Positions 50,142 to 60,844 of a stretch of DNA of 64,000 bases are shown piece after piece. The stretch covers positions 6,015,140 through 6,079,139 of the forward strand of contig OZ242354.1 of NCBI GenBank assembly GCA_965208765.1, given 5' to 3'. Every line of letters begins with the position of its first letter. The stretch's first letter is position 1. Below the pieces are notes generated by a model. The model did no database searches, was not told the DNA's origin, and saw only the letters and a program-made list of their open reading frames with translations. The position numbers and the translations under genes were made by a program. Source of the stretch: Candidatus Poribacteria bacterium (GTDB lineage: Bacteria; Poribacteria; WGA-4E; JAJDTR01).

Positions 50142-50708
50142 ATGTCCGATACCGATTCCAGTTCAATTGATGAGAATTATAAAGGTTTGCTGCAAGAGTA
50201 TTGTCATGTGAGGAATCTCGGAGATCCGTCTTACGAGGTGACGCAATTCGGGAGCCCGAATGAGCCGAGTTGGGGTGTGGAGGTCAGGTACGGCGGCGCG
50301 CGGCATAGTACGCCGGAACCACTGCCCGGCTCCAAACGATTGGCGGAGCAGATTGCAGCGAGGCAGGTGCTTGAGATCTTGAAATCACGGCAGGAGGCGT
50401 TCTTGGCAGGAGAATCGCTAGAAGATAACGAATCGGCTACAGCAGCATTCACGCACGAGGCGCAGTCCAACTCCATAGAGGATGCAGCGCTGCCGCCCAT
50501 TGATGCGCCGGTTGAACTCGTTGCAACAGCCTTAACCGTGGCAAGTCAGCGCATGGCTGGGGTTTCGCGCCGCGGGGCAAAGTACCGCGAATCCTCGGAT
50601 TCAAGAAAAGACAATGAACTCTACGCTCGAAACTTGGCGGAGCTAACGGTACAAATCGTAAGAGAACTCACCGCCGCCGCCGAATTAAACAACGTCAAGA
50701 TTACATAG
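50142..50708 (+). CDS. Stand-alone dsRNA-binding motif (dsRBD) protein
   Basis: NYKGLLQEYC...PSYEV..GSPNEPSW.VEV...GSKRLAEQIAARQVL. Confidence 0.75.
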   Translation: MSDTDSSSIDENYKGLLQEYCHVRNLGDPSYEVTQFGSPNEPSWGVEVRYGGARHSTPEPLPGSKRLAEQIAARQVLEILKSRQEAFLAGESLEDNESATAAFTHEAQSNSIEDAALPPIDAPVELVATALTVASQRMAGVSRRGAKYRESSDSRKDNELYARNLAELTVQIVRELTAAAELNNVKIT

Positions 50709-50766
50709 AGATAGTAGGGTGCGCACTGCGCACCAGCCTTTTTGTACCTCTCACCCTCCTTTCTTC

Positions 50767-51480
50767 ATGAACAACCCGACCCACCCACCTGACCGAATCT
50801 CCAAAATAAAACATCGCCTGCGCCAGTCCCGCTTTCTTTCGATCTTTATGGGATGCCCCTATCCGGCGCCGCGCTGGAAAAAAGCCGTGAAGCGGGTTTT
50901 GCGCGAGCTTGGACCGGATGCGAGAATCCTGGACCTGGGATCAGGGCTTGATCGGCGCACGCCAAACACCATCAACCTCGAAATCGAAGCTACGCCGAAT
51001 GTGGATGTGCTCGGCGACGGGCATAGGCTGCCGTTCAAGGACGCGGTTTTCGATGCCGTCATCTCGGAAGCGGTGCTGGAGCATGTGCAGGATCCGAATC
51101 GGGTGGTCTCGGAAATGCATCGCGTTCTGAAACCCGGCGGTTATGTGTGCGCCGCGGTGCCGTTCCTGCAGGGGTTTCATGCCTCGCCGCACGACTACCA
51201 GCGTTACACCGTGCCCGGGTTCGATCATCTCTTTTCGGCGTTCACGAGGATTGAGAGCGGCGCGTGCGCTGGACCGACGACGTCGTTGCACTGGATTTTC
51301 CGGGAGTACGTGGGGCTGCTTTTCTCGTTCGGGAATCTGCTGTTGGCGAAACTGATTTCCCTGATCGTGGGATGGATTACGTTTCCTGCTGTGTGGCTGG
51401 ATTACCTCCTGATGCGGAACAGGCATGCGCATATTCTCGCGTCGGCGGTGTATTTTATTGGCAGGAAGGGGGAGAGGTAG
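50767..51480 (+). CDS. Class I SAM-dependent methyltransferase (type 11-like)
   Basis: ILDLGSG, LPFKDAVFDAVI, VLEH, RVLKPGG. Confidence 0.88.
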   Translation: MNNPTHPPDRISKIKHRLRQSRFLSIFMGCPYPAPRWKKAVKRVLRELGPDARILDLGSGLDRRTPNTINLEIEATPNVDVLGDGHRLPFKDAVFDAVISEAVLEHVQDPNRVVSEMHRVLKPGGYVCAAVPFLQGFHASPHDYQRYTVPGFDHLFSAFTRIESGACAGPTTSLHWIFREYVGLLFSFGNLLLAKLISLIVGWITFPAVWLDYLLMRNRHAHILASAVYFIGRKGER

Positions 51481-51488
51481 AAAGGATT

Positions 51489-51533
51489 GTCTGAATCGCG
51501 GATTAAGAGGATTAGGCAGATTACGCGGATTTA
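51489..51533 (-). repeat. AATCCGYGATTCAGAC repeat (family E)
   Basis: Opposite-orientation copies at 60447-60462, 60809-60824 and 62967-62982; two of them are preceded by AATCC-like microrepeats. Confidence 0.65.
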
Positions 51534-54500
51534 ATACGTGCTTTGCTCGGTGCACGGGAATCGTCCGTGGTATCCTCCGAACCGTGCAAATCCGCGATTT
51601 GGGTTTTTATACAAACACTCATGAGTTGGGTTTCACGAAGTTCAACCCAACCTACGGACCGAGAAAGAGGGTATCTAACCTTAACCAAAACATACGGAGA
51701 ATAAGACATGAGCGAACCAAAAAAGAAAATCGAAGATGCGCTTCACCAATTCACTGACGATAACCTCGCCAACAACGCCAAACACCTTCTCAATGTCCTC
51801 GGATACGAAAGCGGGCGAACCATGCGTCTTAGGCCGAACACGGCCGACGGATTCCTTGAATTTTACAATCAAGACCCTGAGAGTTGCACGCACCAAGGTG
51901 GTGCGCTTAAAGAGGAATGCGAGTCAATTGATTTCATATTTCAGGTGACCAAAGATGAAGTCCCATATATTAGGGAATCGTCAGAGAATCACGGCGATGC
52001 TAAATACGATGAAAGCATCTTTAGGTCCTACCTCTTCTTCGCTCTGAAACTTCGTGGCGACCAATACTCTCGCACAAAACTATCCCAGATTACCCGCGAA
52101 ATCAACAAACTGGATAATAAGCCCGCCATGATTCTCTTCCAACACGGAGAGGCGCTCACCTTGGCGGTCATCGACCGCCGACTTAATAAACAGGTGCCAG
52201 ACAGAGATGTGCTCCTGAAAGCAACCCTCATCAAAGACATCAACTTTGCCAATCCTCACCGCGCGCACATCGACATCCTGTTTGATCTTTCGATTGACGA
52301 ACTACATGGGGAGCACAGATTCAGAAACTTTGATCAACTTCATGAAGCGTGGAGACAGGCACTAGACACCGAGCCGCTCAACAGGCAATTCTACCAAAAG
52401 CTATTTAAATGGTTTGAGTGGGCAGTACGCGAGGCAAAGTTTCCAGACAAGGAGAAACGCAATTTGAAGCCCGAGGAGCACGTCATTCGGCTAATCACAC
52501 GCTTGTTGTTCGTCTGGTTTATCAAAGAGAAAGGACTGGTATCGGAAGAACTATTCGACGAAACGAAAGTTGGTCGCTTACTAGAGGATTATGACACCGA
52601 GACTGGAGATTCCTATTACCGTGCTGTATTGCAGAACCTATTCTTTGCCACGTTGAACACCGAAATTGAGAAGCGTCGGTTCAGCAAAGGCAAATCCGAC
52701 CATCGCAACTTTTCCGTGTATCGCTACAGAGATCAGATGGAAGATTCAGATGCGCTTCAGAAGCTGTTCGATAAAACCCCATTCATCAATGGAGGATTAT
52801 TTGACTGCCTTGATGACTTCAAGGGAATAAAAGCGGGCGGCTCGCGCATTGACTGTTTTTCAAACGAGCATTACGGGAAGCTGTCGATCCCTAATCGACT
52901 CTTCTTTGACGAAGACCGGGGTTTATACTCTCTTCTGACACACTACAAGTTCACGGTGGAGGAGAACACGCCGATAGAGCTAGAGGTCGCACTGGATCCT
53001 GAGTTGCTTGGTCGGGTGTTTGAAAACCTGCTAGCCGCATACAACCCTGAAACTGGTGAGACTGTGCGTAGGCAAACTGGCTCATACTATACGCCGCGCG
53101 CTATTGTGGACTATATGGTGGAGGAGGCATTGGTAGCCATACTAACAAGACAAGTGGCACCAACGAATGAAAATACAGAATTGTGGGAAGAGGAGTTGCG
53201 TTATCTCTTCGATTATGCACAGGAATGTGACGATGCGAACGAATGGTTTAATGACGATGAGACAGACAGGATTGTGCAGGCAATTTCAGAATTGAAGATT
53301 CTGGATCCGGCTGTCGGATCGGGTGCATTTCCGATGGGTGTATTGCACAAATTGACTTTGGCACTGCGACGACTAGATCCAGACAACACCCGTTGGAAAC
53401 AATTACAGGAACAACATGCCGGAAAGCGTGCCTCTGGAGTGTTTAGGACGCAAGATGACAAGACGCGACGCGAAAAACTCCTTGAAATCGATGAGACCTT
53501 CAAGCGATATCGGGATTCCGACTTTGGACGAAAGTTGTACCTCATCCAAAATGGTATATATGGTGTGGACATTCAACCTGTGGCTTGCCAAATCGCCAAA
53601 CTTCGCTTCTTTATATCCCTTGTAATTGAGCAAGAACCGGATAGAGATGCCAGTAACTTCGGTATTAAGCCCCTGCCGAATCTAGAAACTCGCTTTGTCG
53701 CCGCGGACACACTCATTGCGTTGGAGTTGTCAGAAACGCGTTTGTTACTGCAAGAGGATAGTGTGCAGCGATTGATCAACGAGATTGAGGGAATTCGTGA
53801 TCAGCATTTTCTTACAAACAACCGGCAGCGGAAACTTGATCTTGAAGACCAGGAAGATGAATTTCGCGAACGGTTGAAACAGGAATTAGAAGATCAGAGA
53901 GCAAAATGGGTCGAGATTCAGCGGCGAGAAATTGAACGAAAGATCGACCGCCTTCCGAAACCGGAACAACGCGAGCAATTACGGGAAGTGGAGGAGAAAA
54001 AGTATGAGAAGCGCAAAAAAGAATTTGATTCCGCCTTTGAAGATGCCCGGAAAATCGCAGACTGGAAGCCCTACGACCAGAATGCAAGTGCGGACTGGTT
54101 TGACCCAGAAGGGATGTTCGGCATCGCCAACGGTTTTGATTTAGTGATTGGTAACCCGCCTTATGTTCAATTGCAGAAAAACGGCGGTAAATTAGGACGA
54201 TTATATGCACCGTGCAATTTTGACAGTTTTACAAAAACGGGGGACATCTATTGTCTATTCTATGAGAAAGGAATCCAACTGCTAACGGAGCGCGGACATT
54301 TGTGTTTCATCACATCCAATAAGTGGATGCGCACAGCCTATGGCAAAAGGCTACGGGATTATTTTATCCACAACATTCAACCCGTACAACTGCTGGACAT
54401 GGGGCCTGATGTGTTCGATGCTACAGTGGACACGAACATTCTGTTGTTACGGGACGCCGCGAATGCAGAACGCACCGCCTTCAAAGCCGTGACCATCAAA

Positions 54501-55136
54501 CCTGACTTCGACCAACAGGAAGGGAACATCGCCCAATATCTGGAAGATAATGGAATGGTTATGGAAATACCTGCCAAAGGCGAACCTTGGGCTATACTCT
54601 CCCCTGCAGAGATTGTCATGAAGCGCAAAATTGAGGATATCGGTAGACCTCTCCGAGACTGGGAAGCAGATGTCTATCGTGGAATAATCACAGGCTGCAA
54701 CGAAGCTTTTGTCATAGACGAATCCAAGCGCGAGGAGTTGGTTGCGCAAGACTCAAAGTCTGCAGAAATCATAAAGCCACTCTTGCGAGGGCGAGACATC
54801 GCGCGTTACTATGTCCGGCCATCTAAATTATATTTACTTATTACCGGTTATGATCTTGATGTTCCGAACATGTATCCCGCCGTCTATAATCACCTTGAAA
54901 CCATGGGAAAACAGATAGAAGCGGGAGAAATACGAGTAAAGGGTAAAGGGTTATTCAACAGAGATGATCAAGGTGAAAACTGGTGGAATCTCAGGGCTTG
55001 CAGTTACTACGCCGACTTTGATAAGGACAAAATTGTGTGGCAAGAGATGGTAAGTCACGGCACATTCTCTGTTGATAATTCCAATTCCTATTCGCTCGAC
55101 ACTACTAGTACACGTTGGCAGAAATAGTTAAGAGGT

Positions 55137-55880
55137 TTAGGCAGTTAAAGGCCTGCCTTTGTACGTCCATTTAAACGGTTTAGCCATCGTTTGATTAAAG
55201 TAAGAAATAAAAGATAAAATGCGTTGATGTAATTCTTGTACAGAACCGAAAGATGCCCGTTTGAGCAATCGACGAACGAGAATTGAAAACCAAATTTCAA
55301 CTTGATTTAACCAACTGGTGTGCTTCGGGAGATAAACGAACCGTATCCGATGGGTTTTGTCTTTGAGGAATTCGGATCGACTCCCCATTGATTTTAGAAT
55401 GCCTCGTCTACCTTTTTCTCCCAAATCTCCCTCAATACCACATTGTTTGGCCACTAACCGAACCAGAGATTCGGATTTGTGAGTATTGAGTTGATCGACG
55501 ATAAATATCCACTCGCCGTGGCTATCGCTGTCTATAGTCGTTTGGATATGGGCTGCAAAATCGACTTCGGTTCGTGTGGGAGCTAGACTTGGGCAAAGCA
55601 CAAGTCCGGTTGCCACTTCAAAGTTGGCAATTAAACTCAAGGTACCATGACGAATGTATTCAAATTCTTGGCGTTCGATAATCCCGGGTCTCATCGGTTT
55701 TGTGGGTGCTTTTCGCTCTGTTGCTTGTATACCTGTCATCTCATCACAACTCACCAGGTGAGTGGATTGTTGAGCCAACTCTTGAGCTTGATGGTACAAG
55801 TCACACACTTCCTTCACTTCAGCATCGAACGTCTCCTCTTTTTTCGGGTTGAGCCAATACCGACATTGGTGAGGTTTCAA
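55137..55880 (-). CDS. IS630 transposase OrfB (DDE domain)
   Basis: SCDE, EYIRHGT, VDQLNTH, PKHTSWLNQVEIWFS. Confidence 0.9.
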   Translation of the reverse strand: MKPHQCRYWLNPKKEETFDAEVKEVCDLYHQAQELAQQSTHLVSCDEMTGIQATERKAPTKPMRPGIIERQEFEYIRHGTLSLIANFEVATGLVLCPSLAPTRTEVDFAAHIQTTIDSDSHGEWIFIVDQLNTHKSESLVRLVAKQCGIEGDLGEKGRRGILKSMGSRSEFLKDKTHRIRFVYLPKHTSWLNQVEIWFSILVRRLLKRASFGSVQELHQRILSFISYFNQTMAKPFKWTYKGRPLTA

Positions 55881-56376
55881 ATCGAACTGCTTTTAAAAAA
55901 CGCCCCACATGTCGGGGCGAAATCGACTTGACTATACCCCGTTTTATCGACTCATCGGCGAGGTCTGTGGGTGTCCAATGGGTGATGGGGCGTCCACTTT
56001 GGGAGGGAGGTTCACAAGCTAAGGCGACAATTTGACAGATTTGCTGGGCACTAAAGGTGGGGGGTGCTCCGCTACGCGCGTTGTCTGAAAGGAGATTGAC
56101 AATTCGGTTGCTATAGTCCTTCTCCGTTTCTTCAACTTCACACACCGCTAAGTTCTCCGACGCCTTCGCCCATCTCAAACGCCAGGTTCGGACTGTATAA
56201 CAGCTTACGGCAAGTGTTCGGGAAATCTGTTCATTGGCAGCACCTTGATTGGCAGCCAAAATAATACGGCTGCGTCGCACCAGTTGCTGCGAACTTTTCT
56301 CTCGACGAACTATCCGCTCAAGTATACTTTCTTGGGTTGGCGTCAACTCAATCAATTCTGGCTTAGGCCCTGGCAT
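55819..56376 (-). CDS. IS630 transposase OrfA (HTH)
   Basis: RRSRIILAA...TVRTWRLRW...DNARSGAPPTF...THWT; GGAG RBS. Confidence 0.88.
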   Translation of the reverse strand: MPGPKPELIELTPTQESILERIVRREKSSQQLVRRSRIILAANQGAANEQISRTLAVSCYTVRTWRLRWAKASENLAVCEVEETEKDYSNRIVNLLSDNARSGAPPTFSAQQICQIVALACEPPSQSGRPITHWTPTDLADESIKRGIVKSISPRHVGRFLKAVRFETSPMSVLAQPEKRGDVRC

Positions 56377-56922
56377 GGTAGACTCCTTGTATGCTAATAT
56401 GTTCAAAATCAATTCACCGCACCTCATAAGTCTCAATATTATAACATGCCTATAACCCATAAGACAATTGCGCTGAACTGTACTAGGATAATGACAGGCG
56501 ACAATTTAATATACCTGGTTGGTATCCTGAATTCGAAATTCTTCCTTTTCGCGTTCAAGAACTATTACGCTGGTGGTCATCTAGGATCTAAGGGAGTGAG
56601 GTTCAAAAGTGAATTCATGAAACAATTCCCTGTACCGACCATTACGGAAGAAAATCGATACATTGTTCATGATCTCGAAACACGAGTGGGGAGTATTCTT
56701 GCTACCAAGCGCCGTTGTCCAGACGAAGACACAACCGTCCTTGAAAATGAGATTGATGACATTGTATACTCATTGTACGAATTGACATCCGAAGAAATTG
56801 CGATTGTAGAAACGGCAACGGACTGTTAGCGAGTAGATAACGTGCGACCACTGGAATCGCGTTAGTGTCTGTAATGTCGGTCCCCGGCACGAGACGACTG
56901 AAACGAAATCAGTAATGAAGTA

Positions 56923-57870
56923 ATGAATGCGAAGAGTTACGGATACTTGACTAAGAACAATATGATTAGCAGATTTTTGGGAACAGAAGGGCGTGCTCGC
57001 TTCATTTCCGCGTTACGCAAACAAATTATTCTTCATAACAACGATGACCTATGTTCGAAACTCGCGGACCGCGCTGAACTTCTTCAACTAGAGTCTGGAG
57101 AGAGCATAATCGTCCAAGGGGATATAGACGACGAGATTTATTTTCTTCTGTCCGGGCAGTTGTCTATTGTTGTTAACGGACGCGAAGTGGCTATTAGGCG
57201 GCCCGGGGAACATGTAGGGGAAATGGCGCTGATAGATCCTTCTGCGAGACGCTCTGCCACTGTTGTTGCTATTGAACAGTCAGTTGTCGCGAGAATTTCT
57301 GAGACATCGTTCCGCACATTGGCGGATAAACATCCTAAGGTCTGGCAGTTAATCGCAGTAGAACTCTCTGAGAGGTTGCGACAAAGGAATAGGTTGGTTG
57401 CTTCTACGAACCCGTGTCCTTATCTGTTTGTGGGTTCTTCAAAGGAATCTCTTGATATTGCAGGGGCAATTCGTTCTAATTTAGAATGTGAGAATCTTGT
57501 TGTGCGATTGTGGACAGATCGAGTGTTCGGTGCTTCTCAATTCCCATTAATTGAACTTGAAAAACAGATCCAAAAAGCCGACTTTGCGGTGTTGGTGCTG
57601 GGGCCCGACGATGAAGTCGTAAGTCGCAACAAGGTATCTGATGCGCCTCGTGACAATGTAATTTTTGAACTAGGATTGTTCATGGGAGCATTGTCACATG
57701 AACGAACTTTTATGATTATCCCTGATAAGAGTGAAATTAAGATTCCTACGGATTTGCTTGGTCTTATTCCTTTGAGTTATAGATTGGGTGATTCTAACGA
57801 CTTTGCTGCTTTATTGACACCAACTTGCGATGAGCTTCGGCGGATTATTAATGAAGTCGGTGTCAAGTAA
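56923..57870 (+). CDS. pycTIR: Pycsar effector: cyclic nucleotide-binding domain plus TIR (NADase) domain
   Basis: CNBD (IIVQGD, GEHVGEMAL, RSATVVA) fused to a Cap12-type TIR (FVGSS, DFAVLVLGPDD, RDNVIFELGLF); adjacent to a cyclase. Confidence 0.88.
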   Translation: MNAKSYGYLTKNNMISRFLGTEGRARFISALRKQIILHNNDDLCSKLADRAELLQLESGESIIVQGDIDDEIYFLLSGQLSIVVNGREVAIRRPGEHVGEMALIDPSARRSATVVAIEQSVVARISETSFRTLADKHPKVWQLIAVELSERLRQRNRLVASTNPCPYLFVGSSKESLDIAGAIRSNLECENLVVRLWTDRVFGASQFPLIELEKQIQKADFAVLVLGPDDEVVSRNKVSDAPRDNVIFELGLFMGALSHERTFMIIPDKSEIKIPTDLLGLIPLSYRLGDSNDFAALLTPTCDELRRIINEVGVK

Positions 57871-57894
57871 ATATCAATAAGGAGGAGTATCCAA

Positions 57895-58590
57895 ATGAGT
57901 TTGAGCGACGATTATGCTGAAGCAGTTCGGCAGGTATTTCGGAATAAATGGTCTACGCGGAAAGGCACAAAAGTTCCAGAGTCGGGGGATGTGGGGTTAG
58001 GTAATGATGCCGTGGAGTTGGATGGGACTGTCTTATATGCAGACCTTGATGCGTCCACTAACCTTGTGGATTCTCACATACCTGCCTTTGCGGCTAAAAT
58101 ATATAAAACGTATCTCAATTGTGCTGCCAAAATCATACGAGCTGAAAATGGGGTTATTACTTCTTACGATGGTGATCGTATCATGGCCGTGTATCTTGGA
58201 GATTCGAAAAATACTGCCGCTGCCAATTCTGCGCTAAAAATCAATTATGCTGTTACAAAACTCATTAATCCTATCTTAAAAGAGTGTTATCCCGACGCGA
58301 CTTACGTTGTTAGACAGATTGTAGGTATCGACACTAGTCCGTTGTTTGTAGCACGTACTGGAATACGAGGATCGAACGATCTGGTTTGGGTTGGACGCGC
58401 CGCGAACTACGCCGCGAAATTGTGTTCACTTTCGGCTGATTATCCTTCGCGACTGACAGGAACGGTCTACGATCAGTTAAATGAATCAGCCAAGAATTCA
58501 CAGGATGGACGTTGCATGTGGGAGCAAGTGAAGTGGAACACTATGAATGATATGAGGGTTTATCGATCGACTTGGTGGCGGTCGGTTTAA
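57895..58590 (+). CDS. pycC: Pycsar pyrimidine cyclase (class III nucleotide cyclase fold)
   Basis: VLYADLDAST, YDGDRIMAV, GID, NDLVWVGRAANYAAKL; AGGAGG RBS; next to CNBD-TIR. Confidence 0.85.
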   Translation: MSLSDDYAEAVRQVFRNKWSTRKGTKVPESGDVGLGNDAVELDGTVLYADLDASTNLVDSHIPAFAAKIYKTYLNCAAKIIRAENGVITSYDGDRIMAVYLGDSKNTAAANSALKINYAVTKLINPILKECYPDATYVVRQIVGIDTSPLFVARTGIRGSNDLVWVGRAANYAAKLCSLSADYPSRLTGTVYDQLNESAKNSQDGRCMWEQVKWNTMNDMRVYRSTWWRSV

Positions 58591-58600
58591 AGGAGGAGGC

Positions 58601-60196
58601 ATGGTAGCGAAAGAATCTCGAATTGTCGCCACTCTAAGCGAATTTTTGGAATGGACGGCCCAATTCAACGATGGACAATATTTGTTTCGCGGTGTGAAGA
58701 ACGAGACCTATAAAATGGCAGCATCTGCTTCACGTCGCTTGCCAGAGGAACACAGGGATAATCCTAGCAGATTATTCAGAATCACTAAGCGACTCATAGA
58801 AGACGCGCGGAGCAGGGGACACGACCAGAAAGACGGCAAAACACTGTCGGATTTGGAACTGCTTGCGGAACTACAGCACTTCGGAGCAGCGACTTGCCTG
58901 ATTGATTTTACACGTAATGCATTGATTGCGCTCTGGTTTGCTTGTGAAAGTGGCACCGAAGAGGAAAACAACGCCACCGGCAAGGTAGTCGCTGTCCGTC
59001 GTGATATACGATTAAAAACAGTGACATCCGATGTGACAAAAAAATCTGTCGACCACTTTTTCGAGGTCGATAGAGAAACCCCATATCAGTTATATCAGTG
59101 GGAACCAAGGTTTCAGAATAATCGCATTGTTGCTCAGCATTCGATTTTCGTATTTGGAGGTGCCGAAGTTGAGGTGGAAGCTGAGTGTGTAATTACAACG
59201 GATAGTAAACTCTCTATCTCGAAGACATTGCGTGAAGCGTCAGACATCACTGAAGCCAGTATGTATCCCGATTTTGACGGATTCGCGCGTTTACATGCCC
59301 ACGATAGGCTATACACTGAACCGGATATTCAGGCCTATTTTCAGCGCGGTACTGAAGCATTTCAAAGGGATGATTGGGATACTGCTATCGAATACTACAC
59401 CGAAGTCATATCGTCGGTTGCCGCATCCACTTCTCTTCTTGCATGGGTCTATAACAATCGTGGTGCTGCTTATAATCAAAAAGGTGAATATGATCGTGCT
59501 ATTGCAGACCTAACCGAAAGAATAGAACTTAAGCCGCATGATCCGGAAGGTTATCGTAATCGTGGTGCTGCTTATAACAATAAAGGGGAGTATGAACTAG
59601 CCATTGAGGATTATAACAGGGCAATAGATTTGCGTCCGGACAATGCAAATCTGTACTACATGCGTGGTACCGCCTATTTGACAAAGGACGAGTATGGGTT
59701 TGCAACCGCCGATTTTAACAAAGCAATAGAGCTGAACCCAAATCATGCTGAGGCGTATGGCAACCGAGGGATTACGCACTATTGGAACCGCGATTTTATC
59801 TCCGCTATCGCAGATTACAACCAAGCTATAGAACTCAATCCCGATTTCGCACAAGACTACGGCAACCGCGGTGAGGCGTGGTTGCACTTAAGAGAGTGGG
59901 AGAAAGCTAGATCGGACCTAATGATTGCTAGGGGAAAAGAAGTGGATATTATAGCATCATTTCGTAACGAGTATGAAAGCGCGGACGATTTTGAGCAGAA
60001 GAATAACGTGAAGTTACCGGAAGACATCGCCGAAATGCTGACACCTCAAGCACTTTCCATCAGAGAAGATGCAGAGTGGGAAGCCACACACGAATTGGCG
60101 AGTGATCCCGAGATCGTCAAGAGTTTAGAACGTGCGGAAGCAAATGTGAAAGCGGGAAGGCTAAAACGTTGGAGCGATGTTAGACGGGACGTTTGA
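58601..60196 (+). CDS. FRG domain plus TPR protein with an antitoxin-like C-terminal extension
   Basis: YLFRG, LQHFGAATCLIDFT.NALIALWFAC, NNRIVAQHSIF; about 6 TPRs; tail WEATHELASDPEIVKSLERAEANVKAGRL. Confidence 0.88.
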   Translation: MVAKESRIVATLSEFLEWTAQFNDGQYLFRGVKNETYKMAASASRRLPEEHRDNPSRLFRITKRLIEDARSRGHDQKDGKTLSDLELLAELQHFGAATCLIDFTRNALIALWFACESGTEEENNATGKVVAVRRDIRLKTVTSDVTKKSVDHFFEVDRETPYQLYQWEPRFQNNRIVAQHSIFVFGGAEVEVEAECVITTDSKLSISKTLREASDITEASMYPDFDGFARLHAHDRLYTEPDIQAYFQRGTEAFQRDDWDTAIEYYTEVISSVAASTSLLAWVYNNRGAAYNQKGEYDRAIADLTERIELKPHDPEGYRNRGAAYNNKGEYELAIEDYNRAIDLRPDNANLYYMRGTAYLTKDEYGFATADFNKAIELNPNHAEAYGNRGITHYWNRDFISAIADYNQAIELNPDFAQDYGNRGEAWLHLREWEKARSDLMIARGKEVDIIASFRNEYESADDFEQKNNVKLPEDIAEMLTPQALSIREDAEWEATHELASDPEIVKSLERAEANVKAGRLKRWSDVRRDV

Positions 60197-60673
60197 TGTA
60201 CAACTCACAAACGAAGCAGAAACTTAGTGGATCGTACAACTTCAACGAATTAAATCCGAGAAATCCGTTTAATCAGATCAACCGAGTGAACAGCGAGCAC
60301 GATCGAGATCCCATAATCCGCAATTCAGGCAATTTGAGCAGGAGCAGTTTGAAGGAAGGCCGATTAATCCAATCCGCTCCTACACGCATAAAAAGCGCGT
60401 CATCACATAAGTTCGTTTTTAATCCCTTAATCCTTTATTCCGTGGTAATCCGTGATTCAGACAATGTGAGCGAGTTGGATCTGCTGGATTTGTCAATCCA
60501 GCAGGAGCCGCGTGGGGTTGGAGTGGTTTGGAGGAAGGTTGTTTGGTCTACGCCCGCGATTATGCAGAGCCCACTATCACCTTTACTGTTCAGTCGGTCG
60601 AGGGGATTATTCTCTACACTGTTAGAAGTTGCACTTTTAAGAGTCGAGAAATGGAGCGTGAGTTTTGCAGGTG

Positions 60674-60725
60674 GTAGGAGGGAATTCCGATTCCCGACCG
60701 TCGCGATTCGGAGATCGCTCCTACA
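60674..60725. repeat. REP doublet (family C)
   Basis: GTAGGAG...CTCCTAC inverted pair with internal hairpins. Confidence 0.65.
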
Positions 60726-60844
60726 CACCTTCGGTGCACAATTGCGCAATATTAACCGATGCTGAGTATAGATGCGAGTCGTCACATTAGTTGGTTTTAA
60801 TACATGAAAATCCGTGATTCAGACGATCCCTTGGAAGATTAACC

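Larger units (their letters stand above)
55108..56483 (-). mobile_element. IS630-family insertion sequence
   Basis: TA duplicated at 55106-55107 and 56484-56485; ends GTACA...TGTAC; two-ORF transposase. Confidence 0.92.
51708..56829 (+). pseudogene. Type IIG (Eco57I-like) restriction-modification N6-adenine methyltransferase with TaqI-like C-terminal TRD, interrupted by IS630
   Basis: GSYYTP, DPAVGSGAF, IGNPPY, PLLRGRDI, ILNS motifs; removing the IS restores ...SLDTT-RIMTGDNL... in frame (1247 aa). Confidence 0.88.

Noticed and set aside
56446-56829. Independent 127-aa gene
   Set aside because: It is the C-terminal part of the interrupted RM gene, and its start codon lies inside the IS.
56923-58590. 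CBASS, Thoeris or a housekeeping CRP/adenylate cyclase pair
   Set aside because: There is no CD-NTase or ThsA; the CNBD is fused to a TIR rather than an HTH and sits next to a short class III cyclase, which fits Pycsar.
60193-60785. ORFs 60193..60765 (+) and 60435..60785 (-)
   Set aside because: They run through REP and repeat sequence and have no protein-like motifs.
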